A stretch of DNA of 64,000 nucleotides. Source: Rhodospirillaceae bacterium. Its GTDB lineage: Bacteria > Pseudomonadota > Alphaproteobacteria > Rhodospirillales > Magnetospirillaceae. The notes under the pieces were generated by a model. The model ran no database searches and had not been told where the DNA came from. It was given only the letters and a program-made list of their open reading frames with translations. The stretch covers positions 301 through 64,300 of the forward strand of contig JAVBJO010000051.1 of the NCBI GenBank assembly GCA_031546925.1, read 5' to 3'. Positions 8,465 to 20,200 of this stretch are shown here, piece by piece (position 1 is the first letter of the stretch; every line of letters starts with the position of its first letter). Made by a program: the position numbers and the translations under genes.

Positions 8465-9478
8465 GTGAAAAGAAAACCTATTGGGATCGTGGCAAGCGCG
8501 GCTTTATTGCTGATTTTCCCGCTGTTGATGGGGACGCCCTCTGCGGCCGCCGAGCGTCGGACCTTGTTGATCGGTTCGGGAGAGGTTCGGGGGTACTATT
8601 ATCCCGCCGCCGGGGCCCTATGCCGCATTCTCAATAAGGACCACCCCAAGGGAATGGCGTGCGCGGTGGTGCCCTCTTCGGGGACCACGGCCAATGTGGC
8701 GGGGCTGAAGTCGGGGGAGACCGATCTTGCCTTGGTGCAATCGCGCTCCCTGACGCTCGCCTTGGAGGGGAAGGATGCTGGCCTGGGGGATCTCCGCACG
8801 GTGATGGCTCTGCATGGGGAAAGCGTCTTGGTGTTGGTGCGGCCGGAAAGCGAGCTGGCCAGTCTGGAAAACCTGAAAGGAAAGCGCGTCAATGTGGGGC
8901 GTCCCGGCTCATTTCAGCGCGGCGTGACCGAGGCGGTCATTTCTGTTGCCGGGCTCTCCATCGCCGATTTTTCGCCCGCCGTGGAATTGGAGTTGGAAGA
9001 GCAAGTGAAAGAACTGTGCGCCGGAAACATTGATGCAGCCTTCTTTACCGGCGTCCATCCCATGCCCGAGGTCATCTCCGCCATGGAAACCTGCGACGCG
9101 ATTCCGCTCCTGGTACAAGGGAAAAATCTGGAGGGGGCCTTGAAGAAATTGCCGTGGCTCTCGGAAAGCACGATTCGGCGGGGAACCTATGAGGAGATTA
9201 AGGAAGATCTTCCCTCCCTCCAACTGCGGACCTTGCTTGTGGCCACCACGCGCCTGTCAGCGGATGACGTTCAGGCGATCCTAACGGCACTGCATGCCAA
9301 CTTTTCCTCCCTGACCAAGCTACACCCCGTGTTGGATAAATTCTCCAAAAAAGAGAGCATTCCGGGAAGCGTTCCCCTGCCCTTGCACGACGGAGCCAGT
9401 GCCTTTTATGCGACGATCGCCTCGAAAACCGAGGCGCGTCCTCCGACGGCCTCCTCGCCCGCAGCAGCGACCCCGTGA
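8465..9478 (+). CDS. TAXI-family TRAP transporter solute receptor
   Basis: Signal peptide, then GSGEVRGYYYPAAGALCRILNK...VVPSSGTTANVAGLKSGETDLALVQS, which is typical of TAXI receptors. No adjacent TRAP permease gene is visible. Confidence 0.75.
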   Translation: MKRKPIGIVASAALLLIFPLLMGTPSAAAERRTLLIGSGEVRGYYYPAAGALCRILNKDHPKGMACAVVPSSGTTANVAGLKSGETDLALVQSRSLTLALEGKDAGLGDLRTVMALHGESVLVLVRPESELASLENLKGKRVNVGRPGSFQRGVTEAVISVAGLSIADFSPAVELELEEQVKELCAGNIDAAFFTGVHPMPEVISAMETCDAIPLLVQGKNLEGALKKLPWLSESTIRRGTYEEIKEDLPSLQLRTLLVATTRLSADDVQAILTALHANFSSLTKLHPVLDKFSKKESIPGSVPLPLHDGASAFYATIASKTEARPPTASSPAAATP

Positions 9479-9582
9479 CAATTCTCTCTTCTTGGGGGAG
9501 GAAGGCCAAGGAACGGATTGACGAAAGCTCTGGTTTGCGCAAGCCTACGCGAGGCGGAGAGCTTGACAGGAGAGAGGCGAAA

Positions 9583-9795
9583 GTGAAACCAATAGCGTCC
9601 ATTTCCTTGCAAGACACGCGCGTTATCAGCTTGGACGTGGATGAGGTCTCGCGCATCGAGATCTCCGTCCCCATACAAGTCGAAGAAGGCCTTTGGTGTG
9701 GAGAGCTGTTCATCCGCACCAGTAACGGGACCGTCGCACTTCAGTTGGTGTCCGATGATCCAGAAAAACTCAAGGCCATCGTTCTGGATCGATAA
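9583..9795 (+). CDS. small hypothetical protein (71 aa)
   Basis: GTG at 9583 is preceded by GAGAGG. The sequence VKPIASISLQDTRVISLDVDEVSRIEISVPIQVEEGLWCGELFIRTSNGTVALQLVSDDPEKLKAIVLDR has normal composition. The upstream part of listed ORF 9475..9795 looks non-coding. Confidence 0.4.
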   Translation: MKPIASISLQDTRVISLDVDEVSRIEISVPIQVEEGLWCGELFIRTSNGTVALQLVSDDPEKLKAIVLDR

Positions 9796-9811
9796 TGGGA
9801 GTCCCCTTAAG

Positions 9812-10579
9812 ATGTTAAGTCTGGAATGTCACAACGGGGTGGCGACCCTAACGTTGCGTCGCCCCGAGGCCCGCAATGCCCTATCCTCTGCCTTGATGAC
9901 CGAGATTGAACGTGCGGTAGCCTCCGTGGTCCCGCGACCAGATGTTCGGGTGGTGGTGCTCGCAGCGGAAGGACCGGTGTTTTGCTCGGGCCACGATCTG
10001 AAGGAAGTGGCGGCCCTGAGCGGACCCGAAGCGGTCTCCGCACTCTTTACCCAGTGTTCCCGTATGATGACCGCCCTGGTGCGCCTGCCCAAGCCGGTGA
10101 TCGCCAAAGTCCAAGGGACAGCCACGGCGGCGGGATGCCAACTGGTCGCTTCGTGCGATCTCGCCTTCGCCGCTGATACGGCTCAGTTCGCCACGCCAGG
10201 GGTGAATATCGGACTGTTTTGCTCCACGCCCATGGTGGCGTTGTCGCGTGCGGTGGGGCGCAAGCAGGCCATGGAAATGCTGTTGCTCGGAACTCCAATT
10301 TCCGCCGAAACCGCCGCACGGTGGGGCTTGATCAATCAAGCGGTGCCGGCGCAGTCCCTGGATGAAGTGGTGACCAAAGCGGCAGAGCTGATCGCTTCTA
10401 AATCGCCGGTGGCGCTGCAGATTGGGAAAGAAACCTTCTATCACCAAGCCGAAATGGACCTGGAGGAGGCTTATCGCCTCGCCGGAGACGCCATGACCCG
10501 CAATATGGCGGCAGAGGATGCCAAGGAGGGAATTGGGGCCTTCTTGGGAAAAAGAACGCCGCAGTGGCGAGGCTGCTGA
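9812..10579 (+). CDS. enoyl-CoA hydratase/isomerase family protein
   Basis: MLSLECHNGVATLTLRRPEARNAL...VVLAAEGPVFCSGHDLKE is the crotonase fold signature. In-frame ATG 9812 is preferred to the listed 9641. Confidence 0.8.
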   Translation: MLSLECHNGVATLTLRRPEARNALSSALMTEIERAVASVVPRPDVRVVVLAAEGPVFCSGHDLKEVAALSGPEAVSALFTQCSRMMTALVRLPKPVIAKVQGTATAAGCQLVASCDLAFAADTAQFATPGVNIGLFCSTPMVALSRAVGRKQAMEMLLLGTPISAETAARWGLINQAVPAQSLDEVVTKAAELIASKSPVALQIGKETFYHQAEMDLEEAYRLAGDAMTRNMAAEDAKEGIGAFLGKRTPQWRGC

Positions 10580-10764
10580 GATAAAGGGGATCAGGGGCAA
10601 AGGGGCTCTTGTGCTCCCTTGCCCCAGAGAGTTGATCGTCCTCTTGATTCATCGCGTTATCGCACGGGGGTCCTCCATCGCACGTTGACTTCCCGCCGGT
10701 CAGCAGTTAAACACGGATAGGCCATTTAAGGCTGATCGTCGATCCTCCCGAGGGCAATATCGCC

Positions 10765-11154
10765 ATGAGCACGAGCAATCGCCCGCTTTCCCCGCATCTT
10801 CAGATCTATCGGCTGCCTCTTTTGGCGCTGATGTCCATCGCCCATCGAATCACCGGCGTCGGCTTGGTGATGGGATTGGTGGTTCTCGCCTGGTGGCTCG
10901 GTTGCGCCGCCCACAGCCCCGAGTCCTTCGCCCGGGCACAAGCAATCTTGGGGCATCCCCTTGGTCTGCTCTGCCTGTTCGGCTGGTCGGTGACGCTGTT
11001 TTTCCACCTTGGCCACGGCATCCGCCATCTGTTGTGGGAAGCGGGATGGGGCTTCGAGCTCCCGACCGCTTATACCACAGCCAAGATTGCTCTGGGGTCT
11101 TGCGCCGTCTTGACGGCGATCACCTGGATCGCCGCCTTCGTCATGATGTCCTAA
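10765..11154 (+). CDS. sdhC: succinate dehydrogenase cytochrome b556 subunit
   Basis: NRPLSPHLQIYRLPLLALMSIAHRITG motif, three TM helices, and position ahead of sdhDAB. Confidence 0.9.
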   Translation: MSTSNRPLSPHLQIYRLPLLALMSIAHRITGVGLVMGLVVLAWWLGCAAHSPESFARAQAILGHPLGLLCLFGWSVTLFFHLGHGIRHLLWEAGWGFELPTAYTTAKIALGSCAVLTAITWIAAFVMMS

Positions 11155-11167
11155 GGGGGCTTCAGAA

Positions 11168-11548
11168 ATGACCCTACGCACTCCGCTGGGCCAAGCCCGC
11201 GGTCTCGGCTCGGCCAAGGACGGATCGTCCCATGCCCGGGCCACCATCGTTACCGCCGTGGCTCTTGTTCCGTTGTCGCTGTGGCTGGTGTACTCGCTGA
11301 TCCATCTGGCGGGGGCCGATTATGCGGACTTTGCGGCTTGGTTGAAGCTGCCGCTCAATGCCTCGCTGATGATCCTCTCTGTGTTGATGATCACCTATCA
11401 CGCCCAGTTGGGGGTGCAAATGGTGGTGGAGGATTATGTTCATTGCGAGATTGCCAAGTCCTTGTCGGTGATCGCCAGCAAGATTATCGCTGCTTTTCTG
11501 GCCGTCTTCATGACGGTATCGATCCTTAAAGTCGCCGTGGGGGGATGA
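11168..11548 (+). CDS. sdhD: succinate dehydrogenase hydrophobic membrane anchor
   Basis: 126-aa membrane protein lying between sdhC and sdhA, with [14 protein letters not shown] heme-ligand context. Confidence 0.85.
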   Translation: MTLRTPLGQARGLGSAKDGSSHARATIVTAVALVPLSLWLVYSLIHLAGADYADFAAWLKLPLNASLMILSVLMITYHAQLGVQMVVEDYVHCEIAKSLSVIASKIIAAFLAVFMTVSILKVAVGG

Positions 11549-13338
11549 GGGGCATGGCCAGCTATAAAATTATTGACCATACCTATGACGTGGTCGTTGT
11601 CGGTGCCGGTGGTGCCGGACTGCGGGCCACCATGGGAATGGGCGTTGCCGGGTTGAAGACCGCCTGTATCACCAAGGTTTTCCCCACCCGCTCCCACACC
11701 GTCGCCGCCCAAGGCGGCATCGGCGCGTCGCTCGGCAATATGGCCGAGGATAACTGGCGCTGGCATATGTACGATACCGTGAAGGGCTCCGACTGGTTGG
11801 GTGACCAAGACGCGATCGAATACATGTGCCGTGAGGCCGTTCCCGCCGTGCATGAATTGGAACACTTCGGCGTTCCGTTCTCTCGCACGCCCGAGGGGAA
11901 GATTTATCAGCGTCCGTTCGGCGGTCACATGCGCAATTTCGGCGAAGCTCCGGTGCAACGCGCTTGCGCCGCTGCGGATCGCACGGGACATGCTATTCTG
12001 CATACCCTGTATCAGCAGTCGCTGAAGCATTCGTGCGAGTTCTTCGTCGAGTATTTCGCCCTTGATCTGATCATGGATCAGGACGGGGTGTGTCGCGGCG
12101 TGATGGCCTGGAATTTGGATGACGGCAGTCTGCATCGTTTCCGGGCCCATAAGGTCGTGTTGGCCTCGGGTGGGTATGGACGAGCCTATTTCAGCTGTAC
12201 TTCGGCCCATACCTGTACCGGCGACGGGCACGGCATGGTGACTCGCGCCGGATTGCCTTTGCAGGACATGGAATTCGTGCAATTCCATCCCACCGGAATT
12301 TACGGCTCCGGCTGCTTGATCACCGAAGGTGCGCGGGGAGAGGGGGGCTATGTCACCAACTCCGCCGGAGAACGCTTCATGGAGCGTTATGCCCCAACGG
12401 CCAAGGATCTCGCATCGCGAGACGTGGTGTCTCGGGCAATGACGGTGGAAATCCGCGAAGGGCGCGGTGTCGGCAAGGAAAACGATCACATCTATCTGCA
12501 CCTGGAGCATCTGGGGGCCGAGACGTTGGAGCTTCGTCTGCCGGGCATCTCCGAAACCGCCAAGATTTTTGCCGGCGTGGATGTGACCAAGGAACCGATC
12601 CCGGTTCTGCCCACAGTTCACTACAACATGGGCGGCATTCCCACCAACATTCATGGCGAGGTGTTGCGTCCCACCCGAGAGAATCCCGATGCCGTGGTCG
12701 AGGGCCTGATGGCCATCGGCGAGTGCGCTTGCGTGTCGGTCCACGGGGCCAATCGATTGGGCACCAACTCGTTGCTGGATATCGTGGTGTTCGGTCGTGC
12801 TTCGGCCCTGCGGGTGCAGCAGACCTTGAAGGCGGGAACACCCCACAAGCCGCTTCCAGCAGATGCGGGAGACTTCGCCGTGGCGCGGTTTGACCGGTTG
12901 CGTACCGCGAAGGGCTCGTTGCACACCAGCGAGATCCGGTTGGCGATGCAAAAGACCATGCAAAACGATGCCGCCGTGTTCCGGACCAGCAAGACCCTGT
13001 CGGAAGGCGTGGCCAAGATGGCCGAAGTGGCGTCGTCGCTGTCGTCGCTGAAGATCGCCGATCGCTCTACGGTGTGGAACTCCGATCTGGTGGAGGCGTT
13101 TGAACTGGAAAATCTGATGGATTGCGCGTTGACCACGATGGCCTCGGCCGAGGCTCGGAAGGAATCCCGTGGAGCCCATGCGCACGAAGATTTCCCGAAC
13201 CGTGACGACACCAACTGGATGAAGCATTCCCTGGCCTGGGTGCACGACGGCAAGGTGGGATTGGACTACCGTCCGGTTCACGCCTACACGCTGACCTCCG
13301 AGGTCGAATACATCAAGCCGCAGAAGCGGGTCTACTGA
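11545..13338 (+). CDS. sdhA: succinate dehydrogenase flavoprotein subunit
   Basis: [17 protein letters not shown] motif, [10 protein letters not shown] covalent-FAD His context, and HPTG. ATG 11545 overlaps the sdhD stop (ATGA); ATG 11554 is an alternative start. Confidence 0.95.
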   Translation: MRGMASYKIIDHTYDVVVVGAGGAGLRATMGMGVAGLKTACITKVFPTRSHTVAAQGGIGASLGNMAEDNWRWHMYDTVKGSDWLGDQDAIEYMCREAVPAVHELEHFGVPFSRTPEGKIYQRPFGGHMRNFGEAPVQRACAAADRTGHAILHTLYQQSLKHSCEFFVEYFALDLIMDQDGVCRGVMAWNLDDGSLHRFRAHKVVLASGGYGRAYFSCTSAHTCTGDGHGMVTRAGLPLQDMEFVQFHPTGIYGSGCLITEGARGEGGYVTNSAGERFMERYAPTAKDLASRDVVSRAMTVEIREGRGVGKENDHIYLHLEHLGAETLELRLPGISETAKIFAGVDVTKEPIPVLPTVHYNMGGIPTNIHGEVLRPTRENPDAVVEGLMAIGECACVSVHGANRLGTNSLLDIVVFGRASALRVQQTLKAGTPHKPLPADAGDFAVARFDRLRTAKGSLHTSEIRLAMQKTMQNDAAVFRTSKTLSEGVAKMAEVASSLSSLKIADRSTVWNSDLVEAFELENLMDCALTTMASAEARKESRGAHAHEDFPNRDDTNWMKHSLAWVHDGKVGLDYRPVHAYTLTSEVEYIKPQKRVY

Positions 13339-13362
13339 GGCTAGGGGAAGGAGAAGACAACC

Positions 13363-14145
13363 ATGGTCGAATTTGCCCTGCCCGCCAACTCCCGTGTTCA
13401 ACGCGGCCGGACCTTCAAGGCTCCGCCCGGTGCCACACGTGTGAAGATCTTCAACATCTACCGCTATGACCCGGATTCGGGCGAAAACCCGCGAGTGGAT
13501 AACTTCGAGCTGGATCTGGATGCCTGCGGGCCGATGGTGCTGGATGCGCTGTTGAAGATCAAGAACGAGGTGGACTCCACGCTGACCTTCCGCCGGTCCT
13601 GCCGCGAGGGGATTTGTGGCTCCTGCGCCATGAACATCGATGGCACCAACACCCTAGCCTGCCTGAAGCCCATTGAGGACATCCAAGGCGACGCCAAGAT
13701 CTACCCCCTGCCGCACATGCCGGTGGTGAAGGATCTCGTGCCGGATTTGACGCTGCCTTACGCGCAGCTGACCTCCGTCAAGCCGTGGATGCAAACCGTG
13801 ACGGCTCCGCCGCCCGATGGGGAGCGTCTGCAATCCCCCGAGGAGCGGGAGAAACTCGATGGCCTGTGGGAGTGCATCCTGTGCTTCTGCTGCCAAACCA
13901 GTTGCCCCAGCTATTGGTGGAACAGCGAGCGTTACCTCGGTCCGGCAGTTCTGTTGCAAGCCGCGCGCTGGATTCATGATAGCCGCGACGAGTTCACCGG
14001 GGAGCGTCTGGATAACCTGGAAGATCCCTTCCGGCTCTATCGTTGCCACACCATCATGAACTGCACCAAAACCTGCCCGAAGGGACTCAATCCCGCGAAA
14101 GCCATCGGGAGTATCAAGGAAATGATCTTGGAACGGCGAACATAA
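13363..14145 (+). CDS. sdhB: succinate dehydrogenase iron-sulfur subunit
   Basis: Cys clusters [27 protein letters not shown] and [12 protein letters not shown]. Confidence 0.95.
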   Translation: MVEFALPANSRVQRGRTFKAPPGATRVKIFNIYRYDPDSGENPRVDNFELDLDACGPMVLDALLKIKNEVDSTLTFRRSCREGICGSCAMNIDGTNTLACLKPIEDIQGDAKIYPLPHMPVVKDLVPDLTLPYAQLTSVKPWMQTVTAPPPDGERLQSPEEREKLDGLWECILCFCCQTSCPSYWWNSERYLGPAVLLQAARWIHDSRDEFTGERLDNLEDPFRLYRCHTIMNCTKTCPKGLNPAKAIGSIKEMILERRT

Positions 14146-14166
14146 CCCTTCCCCAATCCTAGGATG

Positions 14167-14199
14167 GTCGAGGAGGTGAAAACCTCCTCGACGACTTTT
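14167..14199 (+). terminator. intrinsic terminator after sdhB
   Basis: Perfect 11-bp stem GTCGAGGAGGT / ACCTCCTCGAC with a GAAA loop, followed by GACTTTTCC. Confidence 0.7.
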
Positions 14200-14265
14200 C
14201 CCTTCCGCTTAAGCCGATGGCTTGGGGTGCTGCAAGAACTGTTGTTTTTGCCACCTTTTACACTT

Positions 14266-14757
14266 ATGATGCACGCCATGAGCAAGAGCTATTTCGGTAC
14301 TGTCCACCTGATCGAGCGGCTTCACCGCCACTTCCTTGACGTTCTCCGCACAGAGACGCGCCGGATGGGTATCACCGATATCAATGCTGTTCAGGCCCTG
14401 CTTCTCTACAACATTGGAGAAGACGAGGTTGCTGTGCGCGACCTAAAGGACCGTGGCTATTACCAGGGCTCGAATGTTTCTTACAACATCAAGGCCTTGA
14501 CCGAATGTGGCTACCTGATGCAAGAACGCTCCCAGCATGACCGGCGATCGGTGCGCTTAAAACTTACCGACAAGGGGATGACCCTTTGTAACGCGGTACG
14601 AAAGCTGCAAAACGACCTCGCCACGGCCTTGGGCAACGAGGCGGAAACCATCCGGGCCATGGAAACCACCTTTACCACTCTCTCACGCTTGGAAAGAACG
14701 TGGACGGACTTCATCCACTTCGGTGTGGCGCGCCCCTCAAAAGAATCCGTGGACTAA
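14266..14757 (+). CDS. MarR-family transcriptional regulator
   Basis: Winged-helix pattern ITDINAVQALLLYNIGEDEVAVRDLKDRG...LMQERSQHDRRSVRLKLTDKG. The listed start 14164 lies inside the sdhB terminator, so ATG 14266 or 14278 is preferred. Confidence 0.7.
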   Translation: MMHAMSKSYFGTVHLIERLHRHFLDVLRTETRRMGITDINAVQALLLYNIGEDEVAVRDLKDRGYYQGSNVSYNIKALTECGYLMQERSQHDRRSVRLKLTDKGMTLCNAVRKLQNDLATALGNEAETIRAMETTFTTLSRLERTWTDFIHFGVARPSKESVD

Positions 14758-14775
14758 CTTTTCAAAAGAAAAGGG

Positions 14776-14834
14776 GGTCTGGGGCATTGGCCTCAGCCGG
14801 GGTACGGGGCGGGAGCCCCGGGCGTAAGCCCACC
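14776..14834 (+). repeat. REP-like intergenic element, copy 2
   Basis: GGTCTGGGGCATTGGCCTCAGCCGGGGTACGGGGCGGGAGCCCCGGGCGTAAGCCCACC has the same orientation as copy 1 and lies between marR and hldE. Confidence 0.85.
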
Positions 14835-14893
14835 GATCCCCCCGATGCCTCCCTTCTCCCCTTCTCCCTTCCTCCCCACCCCCGAGGTTCCGA

Positions 14894-16357
14894 ATGGTGC
14901 TCTCTTCGCTCCTCGCCGAGCAAGTCGAAGCTTTACGCGACACCCTTGTCCTCTGCGTGGGCGACATCATGCTGGACCGCTTCATCACGGGCTCAGTGGA
15001 CAGAATTTCCCCCGAGGCCCCCATCCCCGTCCTCCGCATTGAGCGCGAAACGGAGATGCTGGGAGGGGCTGGCAATGTGGTCCGCAATTTAGCAGCCCTA
15101 GGCTCTCGTTCTGCCTTCATCTCGGTTCTTGGCGATGATACACCTGGAGAACGCCTTCGTGCCTTGGCGGAGGATCTCCCTCAACTCCTCCCCGGCCTGG
15201 TGATCGAGCCGGGCCGGCGCACCACGGTGAAAACGCGCTTTTTTGCCGGTGTGCAGCAACTCCTCCGCGCGGATCACGAGACGTTGACAGAGGTGACTTC
15301 GGCCAGCCAAGCGCAGATTCTCGATTGGGTGGCGGAGTTTCTCCCCTTGGCGGGAGCGGTGGTATTATCGGATTACGGCAAGGGTGTCCTTACGCCGAAC
15401 CTAATTCAAACCATCATCCAGTGGGCGCGCGAGGCCAACAAACCCGTCATCGTGGATCCCAAAGGCAACGACTATGAGCGCTATCGCGGCGCGAGCTTCC
15501 TGACCCCCAACCGCAAGGAACTACGCGAGGCAACGCTTCTACCGGTGGATCATGACGCGGCCATCACCACTGCCGCGCGCCACCTTATCTCCACCTGCGG
15601 TGTCGAGGGCGTGCTGGTGACCCGCAGCCAAGAGGGCATGACCCTGGTGCAAGGCACCGAAGCGCCGGAGCACCTCCCCGCCCAGGCTCGGGAAGTATTC
15701 GATGTATCGGGTGCCGGGGACACGGTGGTCGCGGCCCTAGCCGCCTGTCTCGCCGCAGGCTCCAAGCCCCTGGAAGCGGCCCAGATCGCCAATACCGCCG
15801 CTGGCATCGTGGTGGGCAAAGTCGGCACCAATGTCGCCTATGCGGCCGAGGTCACCGCCGCCTTACATCATGGCCGCTTGCTTTCCGCAGAAAACAAAGT
15901 GCTGGATCGCTTCACCGCCGCCGAGACCATCGAACGCTGGCGACGCAAGGGATGGAAGATCGGCTTTACCAACGGCTGCTTCGACCTTCTCCATCCGGGG
16001 CATATCTCGTTGCTGACCCAGGCACGGAATGCCTGTGACAAATTGGTGGTCGGGATTAATGCGGACGCTTCGGTTGCCCGCTTGAAGGGACCGACGCGCC
16101 CGATCCAAACCGAGACCGCTCGCTCCACCGTCTTGGCCTCGCTGGCCTCGGTGGATCTGGTGGTGGTCTTCGGCGAGGACACGCCTTTGGAACTGATTCG
16201 TCTTCTGAAACCTGATGTGCTGGTGAAGGGCGCCGATTATACCCTCTCCACCGTGGTCGGGGCCGCCGAGGTCATGAGTTGGGGCGGAAAAATCATCTTA
16301 GCGGCCTTAGTCGAAGGCCAAAGCACCACCGCAACTCTTCGTCGGATAGGGCCATAA
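14894..16357 (+). CDS. hldE: bifunctional D-beta-D-heptose 7-phosphate kinase / D-beta-D-heptose 1-phosphate adenylyltransferase
   Basis: N-terminal ribokinase-like domain (DVSGAGDTVVAAL) plus a C-terminal cytidylyltransferase motif FTNGCFDLLHPGHISLL. Confidence 0.9.
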   Translation: MVLSSLLAEQVEALRDTLVLCVGDIMLDRFITGSVDRISPEAPIPVLRIERETEMLGGAGNVVRNLAALGSRSAFISVLGDDTPGERLRALAEDLPQLLPGLVIEPGRRTTVKTRFFAGVQQLLRADHETLTEVTSASQAQILDWVAEFLPLAGAVVLSDYGKGVLTPNLIQTIIQWAREANKPVIVDPKGNDYERYRGASFLTPNRKELREATLLPVDHDAAITTAARHLISTCGVEGVLVTRSQEGMTLVQGTEAPEHLPAQAREVFDVSGAGDTVVAALAACLAAGSKPLEAAQIANTAAGIVVGKVGTNVAYAAEVTAALHHGRLLSAENKVLDRFTAAETIERWRRKGWKIGFTNGCFDLLHPGHISLLTQARNACDKLVVGINADASVARLKGPTRPIQTETARSTVLASLASVDLVVVFGEDTPLELIRLLKPDVLVKGADYTLSTVVGAAEVMSWGGKIILAALVEGQSTTATLRRIGP

Positions 16358-16358
16358 C

Positions 16359-16808
16359 GTGATGAACAGACAGCAGCGCTGGGGATTCGTTGTTGTTCTG
16401 GCGGCTCTCCTCCTTGGCCTGGCCCCTGCTCCTGTTTTTGGCCCCGCTCCCGCTTTTGGTAATGAGCTTCAAGAAAGCATGTACGTCATCGACGGAGATA
16501 CCGTCGGCGTGGGCGAACAGCATTTCCGATTGCTCAAGATCAATGCACCAGAAGTTTCCAAAGCACGTTGCCAGAATGAATTGAACCAAGGACTCGCAGC
16601 GAAAGAGCGAGTCGAAGCGCTGATTGCGAATGCTCAGAACGTGGAGATGACGGGAAAAGGGTACACTGATAAGTATAAGCGTGGATTGATCAACTTGTTT
16701 GTTGATGGAGAAGACGTAGGGGAGATCCTGATCCGGGAGGGATTGGCCCTGAAATGGCGCTCTGGCGCGGCGGCCAAGGAGAGATACCGACGCTATTGGT
16801 GCGGTTAG
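16359..16808 (+). CDS. thermonuclease (SNase-like) family protein, secreted
   Basis: Signal peptide, then YVIDGDTVGVGEQHFRLLKINAPE...RGLINLFVDGEDVGEILIREGLA. Confidence 0.7.
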   Translation: MMNRQQRWGFVVVLAALLLGLAPAPVFGPAPAFGNELQESMYVIDGDTVGVGEQHFRLLKINAPEVSKARCQNELNQGLAAKERVEALIANAQNVEMTGKGYTDKYKRGLINLFVDGEDVGEILIREGLALKWRSGAAAKERYRRYWCG

Positions 16809-16967
16809 GCGTGTTGCCGTAAGGCTCTCCCTCGGCGGGGAGGTCTTTCGCGAGAACCCTGAGATCGATTTGCTTCCGACGGCTTCGGCCTTATTTTTGA
16901 GCCCATTTCTAAAAAATATCTTGCATTGTTCTCGCGTATTCTGCATATAGCTGTCGCCAGCCTTGAT

Positions 16968-17043
16968 GTCCCCTTCGTCTAGAGGCCTAGGACACCGCCC
17001 TCTCACGGCGGCAACACGGGTTCGAATCCCGTAGGGGACGCCA
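16968..17043 (+). tRNA. tRNA-Glu (anticodon CUC), CCA encoded
   Basis: Folded by hand. Acceptor GTCCCCT/AGGGGAC, anticodon stem CCGCC/GGCGG with loop CTCTCAC, T-arm ACGGG-TTCGAAT-CCCGT, and terminal GCCA. Confidence 0.9.
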
Positions 17044-17285
17044 CTTTCCGGGAAAAACCCCAGGAAAGCCACGCGCTTCAAGAGCGGCAGAAGCCTCCAA
17101 AAATCATTCTCGTAGAGCGCCTTGGTACAAACCAAGACGGCTGAAGGACGTTTTCCAACGGGGGGCAGTCCCTCCCCCGGCCACGGCAGCATTGCGAAAA
17201 GCCGTTGGTTCGCCTATTCCTGTTATCGGCTGTGGAGAGGATTTCCAGCGTCGCCGTTATTCTCTGTTGAACGCAAGGGGGCGTG

Positions 17286-20200
17286 ATGGCTGCGCTTGAG
17301 GATATTCACAAGGGGGCCAGGGTTCACGGTATCGTTTCGTCACAGGCGGTGCAGATTCTGTCGATGGAATGGGTGGGGGGGCTAGCCATAAGCGTGGTGT
17401 ACCGTGATCACAAGGGCGACACAAACACCGCAACGCTTTATCGGGAGGACGAGCCTCGCCTGGAGATACAAAGTCCGACCCAGCCTTTTGATGGGGATGG
17501 CGCCCTGTTTCGCCTTGTCACCGAGGCAAACCGGATTGAGCTTGCCCATCATTTTGATCCCTATCTGGCGATCCACACCAGCCTTATCGATCCCTTACCC
17601 CATCAAATTTCGGCGGTTTATGGCGTGATGCTGTCGCGTCAACCGCTCCGCTTTCTGCTTGCGGATGATCCTGGGGCGGGCAAGACCATTATGGCGGGAT
17701 TGCTCATCAAGGAATTGATAGCGCGCAGTGATCTGGAACGGTGCCTCATTGTCGCACCGGGGAGTTTGGTCGAACAATGGCAGGACGAGCTGAATGATAA
17801 ATTTGATTTAAAATTTGATATCTTCACCAATGATATGGCGGAGAATTCCCTCTCTGGGAATCCGTTTGAGGATCACGACCATCTGATTGTTCGTCTCGAT
17901 GCCCTGGCTCGGAATGAGGAGCTTCAGAAGAAGCTGATTCAATCTCGCGAGTGGGACATGATTATTTGTGATGAAGCGCATCGCATGTCGGCGTCTTATT
18001 TCAATGGTGAGACCAAGTACACGAAACGCTATCAGCTTGGTCAGAAATTGGGGCAAATTTGCCGTCATTTCTTGCTGATGTCGGCGACGCCGCACAGCGG
18101 CAGCGAGCAGAATTTCCAGCTTTTCATGGCTCTTCTGGATGGCGACCGGTTCGATGGCCGGTTTCGCGAAAACGCCGATAAGGCCGATATGATGCGGCGA
18201 TTGACGAAGGAAGACTTGCGGCGTTTCGATGGCAGCCCTCTTTTCCCCGAACGGTACGCCTATACCGTCAAGTACCCGTTATCGCCCAAGGAAGCGGCGC
18301 TTTACACCGCTGTGACCGCGTACGTTCGCGAAGAGATGAATCGCGTATTGCGCTTCGCCGCCGGTGAGGACAAGAAGCGAAACACGGTGGGTTTTGCGCT
18401 TCAGATCCTCCAGCGTCGACTGGCCTCGTCGCCGGCGGCTATTTACCAGTCTCTGCGGCGACGGCGCGAGCGACTGGAGAAGGAACTGACCGAGGCGCGT
18501 CAGAGTGCAAAGGGATGGAAGCCCAATTTCCCTGTTTCCGAGAATGAGGAGGAGGCTTTCGACGACGATCAAGAAGAGATTGACACGTTAGAAGCCGAAA
18601 TTTCCACAGGTGCAAGTTCCTCCGAGACCATTGAGGAGTTGTCGAAAGAAGTTGATACTCTCAAACGACTAGAGCAAGAAGCATTCAAAGTTCTCCATGC
18701 TGGGGAAGACGCCAAATGGACGCAGCTTAGCCGTATCCTCGACGACGATTTGATGCTTGATGCCGAGGGCGCGCGTCGTAAATTGATCATTTTCACCGAG
18801 GCCAAAGACACACTGCATTACCTACAAGAAAAGATCATCGCACGACTGGGCAAACCCGAGGCGGTGGAGGTCATCCATGGCGGTGTAAGCCGCGAGGCCC
18901 GCAGGGATGTCATCAAGCGCTTTATGCAGGACCGGGATTTGCTTGTTCTCGTCGCCAATGATGCGGCCGGCGAGGGTGTCAACCTGCAACGCGGTCACTT
19001 GATGGTGAACTATGATCTGCCGTGGAATCCCAACAAGATCGAGCAACGTTTTGGCCGCATCCACCGCATCGGCCAAACCGAGGTCTGCCACTTGTGGAAC
19101 TTGGTGGCCGCTGACACCCGGGAAGGGGAAGTCTATGGCCGATTGCTGGAAAAACTAGAAACAGCCCGCAAAGCCCTGGGCGGGCAAGTTTTCGATGTGC
19201 TTGGTGCGTTATTTGAAGGGATCGCGCTGAAGGATCTTCTGATCGAGGCGATCCAATATGGCGATGACCCCAAGACCAAGGCGAGCCTCTTCCAAAAGGT
19301 TGATGGCGCGGTCGATCAGGATCACTTGGTGGAGCTGCTCAAAAAGCGCGCCCTGACCAATGACAGCATGCCGGAAGCCAGGGTCGAGGAATTGCGGCTG
19401 GAGATGGAGCGTGCCGCGACCCAACGCCTCCAACCCCATCACATCCAAAGCTTTTTCGTCGAGGCCTTCCAGCACTTGGGCGGTCAGATGAAACGACGGG
19501 AGGAAGGACGATGGGAGATCACCCACGTCCCCTTGTGCTTGCGCGACCGCGACCGACAAATCGGTTTCCGCACGCCGTTGCAGCCCAAATACGAGCGGAT
19601 TTGCTTCGAGAAGACCCACATTCATCAACAGCCGGTGGCCGCTTTCCTCTGCCCCGGCCATCCCCTGCTCAAGGCGGTCCTCAGCGTGATCCGCGAGCGA
19701 TACGGACCCTTGATGCAGCAAGGAGCGATCCTCGTCGACAAAGCGGATTCGTCCGACGACGTAAGGGCGATTTTTTTACTGGAGCACAGTGTCCAAGACA
19801 GCCTAAGGATGTCCACGGATCGGCCGCATATTGTTTCCCGAAGGCTGCAATTCGCCACCGTGGATCGTCAAGGCCGCACGGCCAATGCGGGAATTGCCCC
19901 TCATCTCGATCTGCACCCCGCTACGGCAGAGGAGCGTGCCCTGGCCCTCACCCTCTGGAACACGGATTGGTTGACGGACGAACTGGAGAAACAGGTCGAG
20001 GACTTCGCCACGATCGAATTGGCCCGCCGCCATATTACAGAGGTCAGAACCCGCCGCTTGCCCGAGATCGAGAAGATCGAACAAGAGGTTCGGGAGTGCC
20101 TGACCAAGGGAATCAACTACTGGGATTTCAAAGCGGGGGAATTGAAGGAAGAAGAGCGTGCGGGCAAAAAGACGCGCCTGAGCTGGGAAAACGCCCAGCG

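Noticed and set aside
11440-13401. 653-aa ORF on the minus strand
   Set aside because: It lies exactly antisense to sdhA, which has unmistakable FAD and active-site motifs. Its Arg/Gly/His-rich composition is typical of a high-GC shadow ORF.
16293-17192. 299-aa minus-strand ORF spanning the tRNA-Glu gene
   Set aside because: It overlaps the hldE 3' end, the whole nuclease gene and the tRNA. It cannot coexist with these well-supported features.
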